Shown in pieces: positions 1 through 13,120 of a DNA stretch of 64,000 nucleotides. The notes under the pieces are model-generated. The model made no database searches, was not told where the DNA came from, and worked only from the letters and a program-made list of their open reading frames with translations. Numbering within the stretch: the stretch's first letter is position 1; the number at the start of each line of letters is the position of its first letter. The stretch spans positions 10,976,001 through 11,040,000 of the forward strand of contig NC_045698.1 in NCBI RefSeq assembly GCF_009834535.1, read 5' to 3'. The position numbers and the translations under genes are program-made. The stretch is from Camelus ferus (Eukaryota).

Positions 1-759
1 CATCTCATGATCAATATATGTAATCACTCACTGTCATAAATTCCTTTCTTTATAACTAGCCTAAAATCTTTTCTGTGTTAGAAAGATTATTTTTCTTAGC
101 CTTGTTCTTACAGAAATCGTATAGTTATTCATCATTTCTTTATTAATTATTTTATTTAAATAGGATTTATTGAATATCCTCTACACACTTAGGATTGTTC
201 TAAGCACTACAGATGAAGGACAAAAAAAAAAAAAAGAAACCCAGAGAGAAGGCCCGTGTTCTAATAGAGTTTCTCTTCTACATTAGACAATTAAGCCCTG
301 CTTCATTCTTTCATAGGCTATGAAAGTATTGAGATCATTTACAATTTTCCTTATGTGGTTAATTTTCCACCCTTTAATAACTCTTATTTTTCTCCTAGGT
401 CTCCTTGACACGGACTTTGTAATCTTGAGTCTGTCAAAGTATGTTAATGGTAAGTCTGTGCAAAGCTCCAGTCAAGATTTCAGTGGTCTCATACGTAAAA
501 GTTTTCTTTAATTTCATAGTTACAGGGAGTAACCAAAGTGGAATTTAAGATACCAGGACCCTTGGTCAAGCTTCAACAGCAGAGTGGTCTTGAACAAATT
601 CCTAAATCATTCTGGGTTCGAATGTCCAAAATTCAAGAACAAAGTGGTTCCAGTGATTCTTTAGGTTGTTCTAGTTCTATACTCTATTTTCCAAAGCACC
701 AAAAAGTAGACACCTTAGTGAGGAGCCCTGAAATCCAGCCTCTCCTATTCAATTGCAGA

Positions 760-1230
760 GACGAAGAGTGTTTCTTACATTTGGATCAGGAAAGACTTCA
801 TCCGCAAAACCACAAAGCAGAAAACCCAACTTGGTGGCTTCAACAGAAGGAGATCTATCATCTCACCAACAAATCCTAAATAGGTAAATTCAGGGTTGGT
901 GTAGCTGCTTACAAGTGTCACCGGGGCCCTCGGCTCCTTCTCTCTCTTTGTTTCAAGCCATCATTTCAGGAACATTGTTCTTGGACAGTAGCCAGGTCTT
1001 GGGGCATCAGATCTTCACTTCAGGCAGCAAAAGGAGGAAGAAGGAAAGAGCCAAAGAGGCAAAATGGGCCATAGTTACTAAGCTCATCCCTTTGAAAAAG
1101 TCTTTCTTGGAAATTTCCTCCACTGACTTCTATGAACATGTAATTGTCCAAAACTGTGTCACATGGTTATTCTTATCTGTTAATAGTCATGAAAAATTGA
1201 GTATTTTCAGCCTTTCTATTGGAAGAAGCT
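760..1230 (-). mobile_element. Old MaLR LTR (MLT1J/K-like)
   Basis: Degenerate MLT1 antisense motifs (cagaaaacccaact...ggcttcaacagaagg; tccactgacttctatgaacatgtaattgtccaaaactgtgtcacatgg). Confidence 0.55.
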
Positions 1231-1999
1231 AATATATTTAAATTCTGTAATCATTACCCATCTTGTCTTTGTGAAAAAATAAAGACTTAGATATAATGAA
1301 TCATGGACTAAGAAAAAACATCCAATCATAGTAAAAACAAACAAGACACAATTCAGTGAGGGAATGTGATGAACTAAAAGTGTGCAGTTTTGAATTAAAT
1401 GTGTATTTCCTTTGCTCTACACTTTAATCCTGCCAGATGTTCTCTTGAGAGAGAAGCAAGGTGCCTTCTGTTACCTCTGTTCTAATATATAAATATGATC
1501 TTACAATGGAGAGGGAGAGGGGAAGAGAAACTAGGGGAAGAGAGAGAAGAAACAGAGTGAGAGCAAGAGAGAGAGAGATTCAGTAGACGGTTAATGTGGT
1601 TACTTTCTGTTCTCCAGCAACAATGGCGTTTACTTGATGATGACTGTATACAATGGAATGCATGCTGTCAATCAATTGAGTTTATCCCGTGGACTCCTCT
1701 TTGTGCTGGTGTAAGTGGCTATAAATGAATTCTCTGCTAGCACTGTGTACTTGAAACTCCTCCTAGTGCACTTGGCTCTTCATGCTCACGGTACAGCACT
1801 AGTCTGACTGCTTAATGTTTCAAATATGGTGTGATGTAATAAAAAGTACATGAAAGTAAGGATCACAAAATCTGGATTTAAGAGCTTGGCCCCATGAATC
1901 TCATCAATTTTATTATCTGTCAAAACAAGAAAGAGAACATCACCACCCAAAACATGTGATTGCTGTGAGAACTGATGAGAAGAAATTCATCATGATACT

Positions 2000-2970
2000 G
2001 TGCTATACTTACAGAAAAGTAACATTCAGCATTCCACCAATCTCACGGAGAAATAGGCAAAGAAATAATTACTTTATGATATGATCATCACTAAAATGGA
2101 AATATATATACACAAGTGAAAGGGCAGCTGCAATGAGTGTTTAAATCTGTGCAGGGAGCTAGAAAGTTCTGCTCAGAGAATGCAATCTTGAGCTGAGACT
2201 TTTAAGAACATAACGTCTTCCAGGAGGATAAGATGTGTGAGGGAATTGGGGGAAGAAAAGGAGAAGCCAAGAGCTACTATTGGTTAAAAATTACCAAATA
2301 CAAGATGTTAAGAGAGTGCAATGGACAGAAGGGTGGACAAGTTAGCTAAGGCCAGATCATAGAGAACCTTATCTGCCTGATTAAGGAGGCCTATTGTATT
2401 GTGTAGGATGTAGGGGTGCTGAAAAACCTTGAGGAAAGTAAAGAACAGACAGTGGGAAAGGAGAAAATGAATGCCCTTCTTACAACGTGCAGAGCGGGTT
2501 GGAATTGGCTGGGAAGCCTGTGAGCAGGCTGGCCACTGCAGTCATCCAGCATGGAATGACAGGACCTACACTATGGATATGTCGGGGAGTGGGTGGCTAG
2601 GCTGGAGGTATATTTACAGGAAGTAAGTTAACTGGATATTTTAATCAATTATCTGGAAGGGGAGGAAACTTACTGATACTCAGACTTTTGTCTTAAGATG
2701 GTTGGGTGGATGTAAGGACCATTCTTTAAGATAGGGAATATAGGAGACAGAGTCAGAGTAAAGGGGAGGTCAAGAGTAAAGTTCAAAACATACAGAATTG
2801 AAAATATAGACAAGGCGGGAGAGCAGACTATGGATGTTCTAAGTAGAGATGTTCAAACAACAATTAGATAGCCTTTCATTCACTCAGTTATTTAACAGTC
2901 ATTAAACACCTATGGACCAGGCACCAGGCTGAGCAGAGAGGATGTAAGATGATAAAGACGCTGTTCCCTC
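2000..2970 (-). mobile_element. LINE-2 fragments
   Basis: Purine-rich L2 antisense tract, plus an L2 3'-end signature (ttcattcactcagttatttaacagtcattaaacacctatggaccaggcacc) at ~2875-2925. Confidence 0.6.
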
Positions 2971-3160
2971 AAATAGATAAACAACAAGGACCTTCTGTAC
3001 AGCACAGGAAACTATATTCAATTTCTTGCAATGAGCCATAATGGAAAAGAAACTGAAAAAATATATATGTATGTATATATATGAAAAACTGAATCACTTT
3101 GCTGTACACCTGAAACTAACACTGTAAATTGACTATGCTTCAATAAAAAACAAGAATAAA
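2971..3160 (+). mobile_element. 5'-truncated L1 3' end (cetartiodactyl-type, older variant)
   Basis: aaatagataaacaacaaggacc...actgaatcactttgctgtacacctgaaactaac...caataaaaaa, followed by an A-rich tail. Confidence 0.85.
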
Positions 3161-3279
3161 AAGAGGATTTTACTGCCCCATAGGAAAATAGCCATACACC
3201 CATGTAAGCAGAATGAAACCATTATAAATGTTAAGATACAAATAAATGTAGAACATGGGGGATAATAAATGAATTCAAC

Positions 3280-3745
3280 TCTTTTTTAAAATTGAAGCAT
3301 AGCTGATTTACAAGTTTATACTGCAGATATACAGTATGGTGATTTGATATTTTTTAGATTATACCCCATTTCAAGTTATTATAAAATATTGATTGGCTAT
3401 ACTCCCTGTGCTGTCCTTTGTACCCTTGTATCTTATTTATTTTATACCTAGTAGTTTGTGCTTCTTAATTCCCTTCTCCTATCCTGCCCCTCCCCTCCCC
3501 CACTCCCACTGGTCACTACTAGTTTGCTCTCTTTATCTATGAGTCTGTTTCTTTTTTGTTATATTCTTTCATTTGTTTTAATTTTTAGATTCCACATATA
3601 TGTGATAACACAGAATATTTGTCTTTCTCTGTCTGGCTTATTTCACTAAGCATAATACCTTCCGTGTAGAAAATGGCAGAATTTCATTCTTTATATGGCT
3701 AACTAACATTCTTCTGTATATATATACAACGTCTTTATCCAAATG
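3280..3745 (-). mobile_element. L1 3' end (L1MA/artiodactyl-type)
   Basis: Antisense L1 3'UTR and ORF2 end: ttttagattccacatatatgtgataacacagaatatttgtctttctctgtctggcttatttcactaagcataata. Confidence 0.85.
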
Positions 3746-3919
3746 AATTCATTGCTTGCAAGGAAATCCTAGAATGGAGGCACTTTATTTGAGAACGTTA
3801 ACGTGAAGGTGATTGGTGAACTCTTGGACATCACTGGAATTGCACATGGAGACACATAAGATAAAAAGTGTGGTCTGAACCTGGGAATCATGGAGGAGCT
3901 TGAGAAGAGGGAGGCAGGA

Positions 3920-4130
3920 CAGAGCAGCACTTAAGAGCATGGGGTTTGCTGCAAGAAAGACCGGGATCTGAGTCTCAGCTCTGTCTCTGCTAGATGCATG
4001 ACCTTGTAAAACTTATTCGATCTCTTTAAGGATATTTTATCATCTGAAAAATGGGTGTGACATTATTAGCTCTGACTCAAAAGGGTATTGAAAGAACTAG
4101 GGAAATCATGGTTGGAGACTACAAAGCACT
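3920..4130 (+). mobile_element. MIR SINE within L2 remnant
   Basis: MIR core-like: ggatctgagtctcagctctgtctct...tgaccttgtaaaactta...tcatctgaaaaatggg. Confidence 0.65.
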
Positions 4131-4209
4131 TAACATTTTATGTCAGAAAATGAAAAATGTTTTAAATCTTCAATACAATTGGAAAACAAGAAAGCTGGCA
4201 ATAAAACCA

Positions 4210-4700
4210 AGGACACTGTCCTGCTATGGCATTCAGGAAAGATCAGAATCTCAAGAGAGGAGTCAGCAGACATTGTGGCAGACATTGCAGAGAGGTTAAC
4301 ACAGTGGGGAATGAAAACTGTCTGTTGGACTGGGAGATAGGAAGCCATTGGTGGCTTAATAAAAGTAGTTTCCAAAGTCTGGTGGGGCCATCTTGCAGTA
4401 GTTTGAAAAGTGAATGACAGGTGAAGAATTCCAAAGAGCAAGTCATACGTATTCTTTCAGAAATTTTTTTCTATACAGCGAAGGGGAATAACTTCAGGGA
4501 GACAAAGTGTCAGTAAAAGTGCTTTATTTTTCCTTGAAGATGGTAAAAAACTATTTTCCACGTGGATAGGAGAGAATCAATGGAGAGGAAAGTGGGGAAG
4601 AAACAGCAAAGAAGGGGTACTTGATGGCTTGAGGTCTAGAAGACCGCTGGGGACATGAGGACCAGAGTACTCTGGCTGGATGAGCTGAAAGGAGAACCCA
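4210..4700 (-). mobile_element. LINE-2 fragment
   Basis: L2 antisense motifs (ggaatgaaaactgtctgttggactggg...aagccattggtggcttaataaaagtagtttcc). Confidence 0.5.
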
Positions 4701-7700
4701 AGTCAGCAAGGATGGAGGAACTACCTTGTCTAGGTCATCTCCATTGGTTGAGCTTCGGGTTTCACTGAGATGAGTGGTAACTGCATCCAGGGATCGAGCA
4801 GGTGGTTCACATGAATGAAGCTGGCTGCCTGAAGCATGTCTGCAACATTACAGGAGTGGTGGGATGTAGACAGAATTGGTGCTCTCGGGCTCCTCAGCCC
4901 CAGCAGATTGTACTTGTAGGAATATTGAAGCCAGGGTTGTGAGATATTCCTGTTCTTCAAAAGCAGCCAGAAGCTTGGACTTCATGTGAAATACCCTGAT
5001 TTTTATTTTGGTCTACATTTAAGGGGGAAAGAAAAGCCAAGCCCAACAAAAACCCATCCACAAGCCAAACTTAGCTTATGGACCACGAGATTGCAACCTC
5101 TGCCGTAAGAGCAAAAAGCAGAGCTCTGGAAGTGATAGAGATCCTGCAGTGGGAAGCAGACATCATCTGAGCTTGGTCCAGGGGGCATCAGCCTCTGAAC
5201 AAGTAAGGCAAACACGTAGACGGGGATACACGGTCAGGGGTCAGTAGACTATGAACTATCTGACTTAGTTGTCGCTCTAAAGGTGGATGTTCATGGTTGC
5301 TATAAGTGAAATCTTCCGTGGCAGTAAGAAGAAAGTCAATGTTATTTTTCATCTTCTAAAGGTGCTTTCAGTTTCCACCTTGCCCTGACATAGACATGCC
5401 CTGTCACTCTTGATATGCTGACACTCCACCCACATATCTAGTCATCTTCCTCCATTACTACTGCTGCATTTTGCTTCCCCTTGGTTCCCTGGTACCAAAG
5501 CTGAAGTGTGAGATGGACAAAAGGGAGTGGTCCAAACTGGGGGAAAAAAAAGAGTTCAATCTAATTTCATCCCCTTTCCCCATGTTACCCCACCTCCAGA
5601 CCTGATGAAAAGGATGGCAGTTTCCTATATTACAAAAGTAAGCTACATTCCATTAATGTTGTAATCTCTTTGGCCCCATCTCTAACCTGGCAAGCGTGAA
5701 GAACATGGAAAGTTTATACACTGAGAGAGACTTTTAGATTAGCTCATGTTTTGTTTGGAAAATGTATGACTCTGCTTGGAGATAGAATAGTAATGCAGTT
5801 CCTTGATGGTGTGGGGGGAATATTGTGACATTTCCTAAACATAATAGCTTCATGGTTTCTTGGGATGGAAAATGTCTAGAGGAAACCTGCAAAAAATTGT
5901 TTTGTAAACTTAACAGAAACTTGAGATTAAAAATGTCATTTTTGGCTCTAACTGCAATAACTGCTTAGTACCATATGTGTATTTTAAAAGATTTAAGAAT
6001 AAAACATTTAATCATCTGCGTACAGAATTATATTGGTAACTTTTTAGTAGGAAATGTTTGGTTTTAACACGTTTGGCATTCTCTTTGTATAGGTAATTCT
6101 AATTGCTTCTACCAGGGGTCTCCAAAACCTTTGTGCATGTGGAACTAGGGGTGTCTGCTCCTTGCTATGCCCTTGGTGACTAGACCAACATTATTTGTAA
6201 AATGTATAAATGGTGGGCGTGTCTGAGAGATATGCATTAGTTTGCATATAATCATTTTTTTATTTTTAAAAGTTTGGTTGTGCCTCAGTTTTCATAATTA
6301 GGTACTTACCTTCAGATGGTACTGATACCTCATTGTAGTAACACAGATTTTTTGCTGTGGCAACAGAGCTCTTCCACATGGAACTAATTGGTCCTGATTT
6401 CTTTTCCCACTTAGCTGCTGAATTCCTTCAACACTGTGTAGACAGAGCAAGAAAGTATTTTCTAGGAAATCCAAGAGGGGGCTTTAGTCCCTACTGCAAC
6501 TTTCCTAAACCCTCTTCTGTAGAACACTAATCTAACTCAAGATATTAATAGAGATCTGCCAAAAAAAGCTTATGGTGGCCAACAAAGTTTAGGAAATACA
6601 GCACCTGGTGCCCCCACATCTGGGAGAGTCTCAGTGTATATTAGTTTATCAAGGGCTTTGAAGGGTCCTTCAATAAAATTAATCTGGCTAATTTCATTTA
6701 TTCAAGTACTCGCAATTTTTTGACTATGGATCTATTTCCAACGATGTTATGTGTTCCATACAAACAACTTAGAAAATGCTGCCCTGCCTTGTATTTATAT
6801 CCTTGTGCTAATTCTTAAGATATTCTAAATCAAATTGAACAATCATGATAAAGGAATTTGAACATCACTTCTTTTCTGCTGTTTAAAAGAGTACCCTTTA
6901 TTTCTTTAAAATATACAATAACCTCTAAAGTATGTGAAAATATATAAGGAATAGTTAAACAGCCCAATGGAGTTCTTTGGTTTCTAAGGCACATTTTTCT
7001 AAGCCAAAAATACTCTTTGAAAAGTGGAAAAATAGATACAACTACCCATTTTAGTGACCATTTTCATTTTGTCTGTGATAAATTCAGAATTCCCAATGGT
7101 ATACTGCATTGTCTTTATCTACAACTAATTCTGCTTTAAACACAAAATGTACAACAGTCTGGTACTGGCAGAAAATTGTCTCTTGACATGCTTACATGCC
7201 ATAGAATATGAAACATTTTCAAGATGAGAGAGTTTGATATTGTCTGCGTCAACATGGTATGGACTGCATTTTATAAGAAACTGAACTTCTGTTTCTGTTA
7301 GGTTCACATACGTTGTTTCACTCCTGGGGAAAGAAGTATGTGTAGTAAGCATATGAACAGAGTTGCTGAGAACAGACAGAACTTATTTATTTCAAAATAT
7401 AAATGCATGTTCTATTCCTCAAGAGTTTGGTGCACCCACACTTTAAAAGTTGAGCAGTTAAACTGAAAAACAGAACCCTACATGTGACCGGGAATTCAGC
7501 ATCCTGTGTTTTAGCCATACTTCCCCTTAGACGTGTTCTGGAAGGTTAGTAAAATTATTTTAGGTCTCAGTCTTTTTCTTATGGAAATGGGAACAACACA
7601 GAGCAGGATATTAATGTCTAAGCCTGACTGTGTCTTCCTCAAGAAGGATTAAAAAATACACACACAGTACAATTTGACTGTGGAAGGTCTGGAACTTATC

Positions 7701-7914
7701 TGTGCAGCTTGATTTCCTAAGCTTTGAGAAGACTGAATTCCTAAGACCATGGATCCTAATGTCTGCAGAGTGATGACTGCATAGACAATAGGAAAAGCAT
7801 CTAAGTGGTCCAAGGGACAACTACACTCAGGCACTATCCCACTGATATCTTTTCTTGTTCCATCCTGAGAAAATTATTTAAAGATAAGTAACTCGTATAA
7901 CTTAAAAACATAAG

Positions 7915-8162
7915 TGAGGGGGTGGGAAGGGATAAAATGGGAGTTTGAGATTTGTAGATACTAACTACTATATATAAAATAGATAAACAACAAGTTTCCT
8001 CTGCATAGCACAGGGAACCTTATTCAATATCTTGTAGGAACCTATGATGAAAAAGAATATGAAAACAAACATATGTATGTCTATGTATGACTGAAACATT
8101 ATGCTGTACACCAGAAATTGATACAACATTGTAAACTGACTATATTTCAGTGAAAAAAAAAA
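7915..8162 (+). mobile_element. 5'-truncated L1 3' end (camelid-like)
   Basis: gggggtgggaagggataaaatgggagtttgagatttgtagatac...tgctgtacaccagaaattgatacaacattgtaaactgactata, then poly(A). Confidence 0.85.
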
Positions 8163-8399
8163 GATTTAGACAATAAAATAAATTGATACTGGTAAGAAAA
8201 AAGAACACGAGTGGATCCACTGTCACTACAAAAAAAACCACACAAATGACACTATAAAAAATAGGATTTCTTGTAACATAAGTGGACACTGTTGAATATG
8301 AGTTCTTTGTGGGAATCTGGAGTTCCCTAGTCAATTCTGATTCCAAGATGGTCATTCATATTATATAGCAAAGCTTTCGCTGGTCACCTCAGCAGAAAT

Positions 8400-8545
8400 A
8401 ATTATAAATATATCTATATCTATATCCATCTACATATAGACATATACACACATGTACATGCATATATAATAATAGGTATATATACATGTATGCTATATAC
8501 ATATATGTGTACAAAATACATATATGTATAAATGCACATATATTT
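8400..8545. repeat. Degenerate (TA/CA)n low-complexity tract
   Basis: Directly visible tatatctatatc...acatatatgt repeats. Confidence 0.75.
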
Positions 8546-8769
8546 TCTTTGGCAGAACATCTTTATTTGGATAGTGAAATTGACATGACAGGTCTGGAGA
8601 GCTAAGCCTGCCCCAGCTTCATCCTCACTCTTCATAACATCCTTTTCCCAGCAAGACCTTATAAGCATGAGCCTTTGAGATTTTGAGAGGAACTCTTCAA
8701 CAGAGTATCTCCTCTGAAGTTAGTAAATTGCTGTTGATAGGGTTCCTTTTAGATTATTTCACCAAAATA

Positions 8770-9165
8770 GAGTAGTTGGTGCTTATGGAATTATGTGGTT
8801 GCAAAGAAAGCCCAGTTTCTTGGAGATTTCTCTTTCAGCGTGGGAAGGAATAATACTTTGTGTTTCCCATGCCTTTTTCTTTTCATGGGATGCAGGAAGA
8901 CTACGTTTCTCAAAACCTCTTGCTGTGGGTTTGGAGCTATGAAACTGGCCATTGTAATGTGCATGGAAGTGATGTGTGTTACTTCCAGGTCTGGTGCTCG
9001 AAAATACCCCCATGAGAGCAGTCCAGACCCAGGGACCATCCATCCAGTGCTGCCCAGACTCATGACGCTTTGCGTAAGTGAGAAATAGACTTCTTTTGTA
9101 TTGTGTCACTGATTTGGAGGGCGTATCTGTTGTAACAATCAGCATTGATTTTCCTGACTAATAAA
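8770..9165 (+). mobile_element. MaLR LTR (MLT1-type)
   Basis: gcatggaagtgatgtgtgttacttccagg and MLT1 3' end (gtgagaaatagacttcttttgt...tgttgtaacaatcagcatt...cctgactaata). Confidence 0.65.
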
Positions 9166-9350
9166 CTCAGAAAATAATCAAACAGGGTGGCAGTCAAGTA
9201 CATCCATCAGATTCGGTCCCATTAAATATTTTCATGTGGGTTGATCTTGTTAGTAATGGGACAAAGTGTTTATGGGCCCCTGAAACATTTACCAATAGTC
9301 TGGGAATGTGGTATCACATGGAAACAAACATAAACAGCCTGAAAAAAAGT

Positions 9351-9455
9351 GTATAACTGAGAAATTGGGCTCTACATTGGAATTTGACACAACATTGTAA
9401 AATGACTATAACTCAATAAAAAAGTGTTAAAAAAAAAAAAGAAAAAGAAAAAATA
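9351..9455 (+). mobile_element. Very short young L1 3' end with poly(A)
   Basis: gtataactgagaaattgggctctacattggaatttgacacaacattgtaaaatgactataactcaataaaaaa, with approximate TSD gaaaaaaagtgt / gaaaaaataaagtgt. Confidence 0.85.
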
Positions 9456-9919
9456 AAGTGTGAAAGGGCCATGGGTTGTTATATTGTTTACCTTAACAGA
9501 AATCTTATTCGCAGCCAGACTTCTATTTCAGCATGAAATAAACTCCTTTTGGTCTTCGGCCTTAGGAATTATCCAAATGTATATTATAGACTGTATATTT
9601 CTGGGCATTGTGTCCCAGAGACTCCTGTCCAATTCAGGCAAGAATATTTCATTTTAAGTACACTCAGTGTTCACTAACTCATAGGCAAGTCTGCCTCACG
9701 TTTCCATTTCAGTCGGTCTCACGTAGAGTTCATCTGTATGTTGCATTTCTGGTGAGAGATGGAAAAATATAATTTGAAATCACATACAGGTTATCAAAAC
9801 TATGGATAGTTTTCCCGTCAAATAAATAGACACTAGAGTAAAACGGCACTCTTGAATCCAGGAACAGATTGATATGTCCCTGTAGCTAATGAGGTGAGGG
9901 AGGGACTGGGCGGAGGGGA

Positions 9920-10150
9920 AGAAGCAATGGCCTTGGGGCTAGAAAGTCTGCTGCCATGTTCTTCTCTTACATTACTGCCTGTGACCTTGACACGTATCAG
10001 GAATCATTTCGTCTTTGAGAGCGTCAGGGTTTTAATTTGCAAGACGGAGAGGATATTATCTTCCCAGCCTATTTTACGTGCTTGCTTTAAGTTATGAGAT
10101 AAAATGCAAGAAAGTGCGTTATGAAACGCTTTAAACCAACGTGTTATAAT
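9920..10150 (+). mobile_element. MIR SINE
   Basis: tactgcctgtgaccttgacacgt...tctttgagagcgtcagggttttaatttgcaagacggag...ttatgagataaaatgcaagaaagtgc. Confidence 0.6.
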
Positions 10151-11220
10151 TAACTTAGGATTCTTAGTCAGGGAGTCATGAACCAAAGGTAAAAAGGCAC
10201 AAACACTCATGCCATTCACTTGGTAGATGCGAGGACCCTATAAAGGAAGTGTAAGAAGGAGGGGCACCAGAACCTTTCACCCCAAGTATCCCATTTGCTC
10301 ATTTCTTAGTGTTAAGGGGTTGGGGACTCCCCTTCCTTAAAACTTTGGTGGTTGATTCCTTCGGGCGTTCTAACCTCAGAAATAAAAACAACACGCTTGT
10401 CTCTGGTTTAACTAGTCCTTTAAGATGAAGAAAATAGACAGACGTCACTGGAGGGGTTTTTAAAACAGGGAGAGAAGACATCCCAGATACAGACAGAAAT
10501 CATGTGATGCAGATCATATAATTTCTCCCGAGCTGGATTTAATTAGAAATTGCTGGAACGATTTGGCATGCAAACAGCTGCTGTCAGATGGACCCAGCAA
10601 TTCCCAGCCTTGGAACAGCTGTCTGTAGTTTTGCTTTCTCTTTCCAACTAGACCTATGCAGAAAACCTGTTATGTTCTGGCAGGGGTTTGGAGCTATTCT
10701 CATGAGCTAATCAGATCAGCTTAGATAGTACATGAAAAAGATTTGCATAATTTATATCTAAACAATTCTTTATCTTTTGTTGTTGTTGTTGTTGAAGCTT
10801 TCTCAGAGTATTTTCAGTGTGAGCTTATGAAATTGTTTTAGAGGGAAAATATTTTGAAACCCCGTGGAAGCTCTAGCAGGGTGGCAGGGGATTCTGGTAC
10901 ACTCTGAGCAGGTACTGTTTGTGTCCTTAATCTTATACGTGAGCTGGAGGCACTCTTCAGCTCAGACATTTGAATGTACTACCAGTTATAAGCAAGTGGA
11001 GGGCCAAAGGGTCTTTGAATTTTATTTTGAAAAATTAGGGGCCTTGAGAGATGCTGCTTCTTCCCCTGGCCAGCCACCATGCAAATAGGTTCTGGTGGTC
11101 AGAAGAAAATGGTGAATATTCATGTGTGGTCCAGCCCTCTACCCGGGGAAACATTCATTCCAAACGCATGCTTCCCTGGTGACCAATAGTCTTATATAGT
11201 CATACACAAGGGAGTGCAAG

Positions 11221-11221
<1 letters not shown>

Positions 11222-11271
<50 letters not shown>

Positions 11272-11288
11272 AGAGAGAGAGAGAGAGA
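11222..11288. repeat. Compound microsatellite (TG)n(GA)n
   Basis: About 23 perfect TG units followed by about 9 GA units. Confidence 0.97.
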
Positions 11289-11499
11289 AAGCTGTTCTAA
11301 AGAGTTCTTGGGGATTTGAATCTGCTTTGGGAGTCATTCTGATACAACTCTCCTCCCCACACCCTACCCCCACCCCTACTCAAAGCATCTCTAATTCTAG
11401 ACAAAAGTGTTCAAAATCAACCATTTTTCAGCACTCTAGGATCTGATCAAAAGCATGCAGCAACATGAGAAGGGTTTATTCATGGAGACTACTGACTCT

Positions 11500-12070
11500 T
11501 GGTTGAGAACTGCGTGAGTCTGTGGCCTCATCCCCAGGGGCTGTTGCTAATCCCCAGCTCTGTCCATGGTAGTTCATCCAGGGCAGGCAGGGCAGCTGTA
11601 AAGCCCATCAGCCTAACTGTCCCTTCAGAACGGAGTTTACTTGACTTAGAGCATCATCAGTTACAAGGACAACTTGGTGGCAAGTCACCAGGGAGAGCCA
11701 GCAGCAAGAATATTTGGGGCAAGCAATATTGGGGCAGACCAGTCAGGGATTTAGCAGGAATTTTCAGGATGTGAGGCAGCCTTGGGAGTTTGCTAAGCTT
11801 TGCTGTATCCCCGGTGGACTGGGGGCTGTGTGCATGCACAGCAGAGATGCAAGCAGCCACCCATCCTGGCAGGTGAAGGCTGGATACAGACGCAGAGGAG
11901 GTGGGAGAGCCAGTCATGGACCACCTCACCGAATGGTCTTGTATACACTAAGAATTAAGACTAAATACAGCAGGTTGTTTGCAGATTTGATAGTAAAATA
12001 AATGATTGTTGTTATTTTAAGCTTCTAAATCTAGGGGTGATATTTGCTGCAACAATAGGTAACTGGAATA
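11500..12070 (+). mobile_element. MaLR LTR (MLT1-type)
   Basis: MLT1 3' terminus (aaatgattgttgttattttaagc...ctgcaacaataggtaactggaata). The 5' limit is uncertain. Confidence 0.55.
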
Positions 12071-12359
12071 GGATGACTCCAAGTTTCTAAATTTGAGTAA
12101 CTAGCTCTCTTACTCACTTACATAACTGATGTTTTCTGGCAACTTGGCATCATGGTGGGAAGGACGATTGTGGGCATCTGATGGAATATGTTTGGGATGT
12201 ATAATCTTTTTTGCAAAGAAATGCGCTGTAGGGTGTAAGGACAGAAGTCCCCTTGCTCGGATGTGTGAAACCTGAGTTCAGGGGCTTGGCATTTCATCCT
12301 TGAGGACTCTGAAGTGTTAATGCTGAGACAGACACAGAGGCCATTCATTTAAGCCATTG

Positions 12360-12545
12360 CAACAGTGCTTCCTCTGATGCACATTTGACTCACTGGGGGA
12401 TTTCAAAAAGTATTAATGACTATGTGCTGCTTCCATATCCCGAATACTCTGATGACATTGATTTTGGATGACACTTGGATATTACCATTTTTTAAAAAGT
12501 TTCCCAGGTGGTTATAAAGCGCATTGCATGCGTGCAAACCTCTAG
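12360..12545. mobile_element. MER5-type hAT-Charlie MITE
   Basis: tgcacatttgactcactggggg...tttttaaaaagtttcccaggtggtt, typical MER5 palindromic arms. Confidence 0.6.
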
Positions 12546-12689
12546 GTTAGACGTACAGCAGCACCCAAAATTCAACTCTTAAAGAGAGGATTCTAAAATG
12601 GAAAAAAAGAGGAAATAAGGATTAACCAATGAAGGTAAAATAAAAGTGGTTTGGACCCTTGGAAGAGTTAGGGAATCCACCCCACAGGC

Positions 12690-13120
12690 AAGACAGCAGG
12701 GCCTAGCATGCATTTGCATAGTTCAAGTTGGCTCTTTCAAAGAGACTTCTGGTGGTCATTGGGATAACTCCCCATAATCCAGTTATCTTCCCCTGGACTC
12801 TTAAAGATTGAATTTCTGGCCTGTCATACTTAAGCAGGGTCATGAGACCCACATTGGCCACGGAGATGTGGATTGGAGTATGCACTAGCAGATTCAAGGT
12901 TCTCCAAATATTTTTTCTCTCTGGCACAGAAGGAAGCAAGGTTTGAAATGTGGCTTTTCCGTCACCATGGATCACTGAGAAATTATGCGAAACAGAACAC
13001 TACTGCCAATCCTTGATGGAAATATTGGATGAGGGAGAAATAAATCTATTTTTGCTTTGGGCCACTAAGATTTTGAATTGTTTGTTACTGCAGCATAACC
13101 CATCATTTCCTGACTAACAC
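12690..13120 (+). mobile_element. Old MaLR/MLT LTR
   Basis: 3' terminus gagaaataaatct...gccactaagattttgaattgtttgttactgcagcataacc...cctgactaacac. Confidence 0.6.

Noticed and set aside
7286..7341. Possible micro-exon (ttctgtttctgttag ... gtatgt)
   Set aside because: Splice-like flanks alone are common. There is no recognisable peptide and no partner exon.
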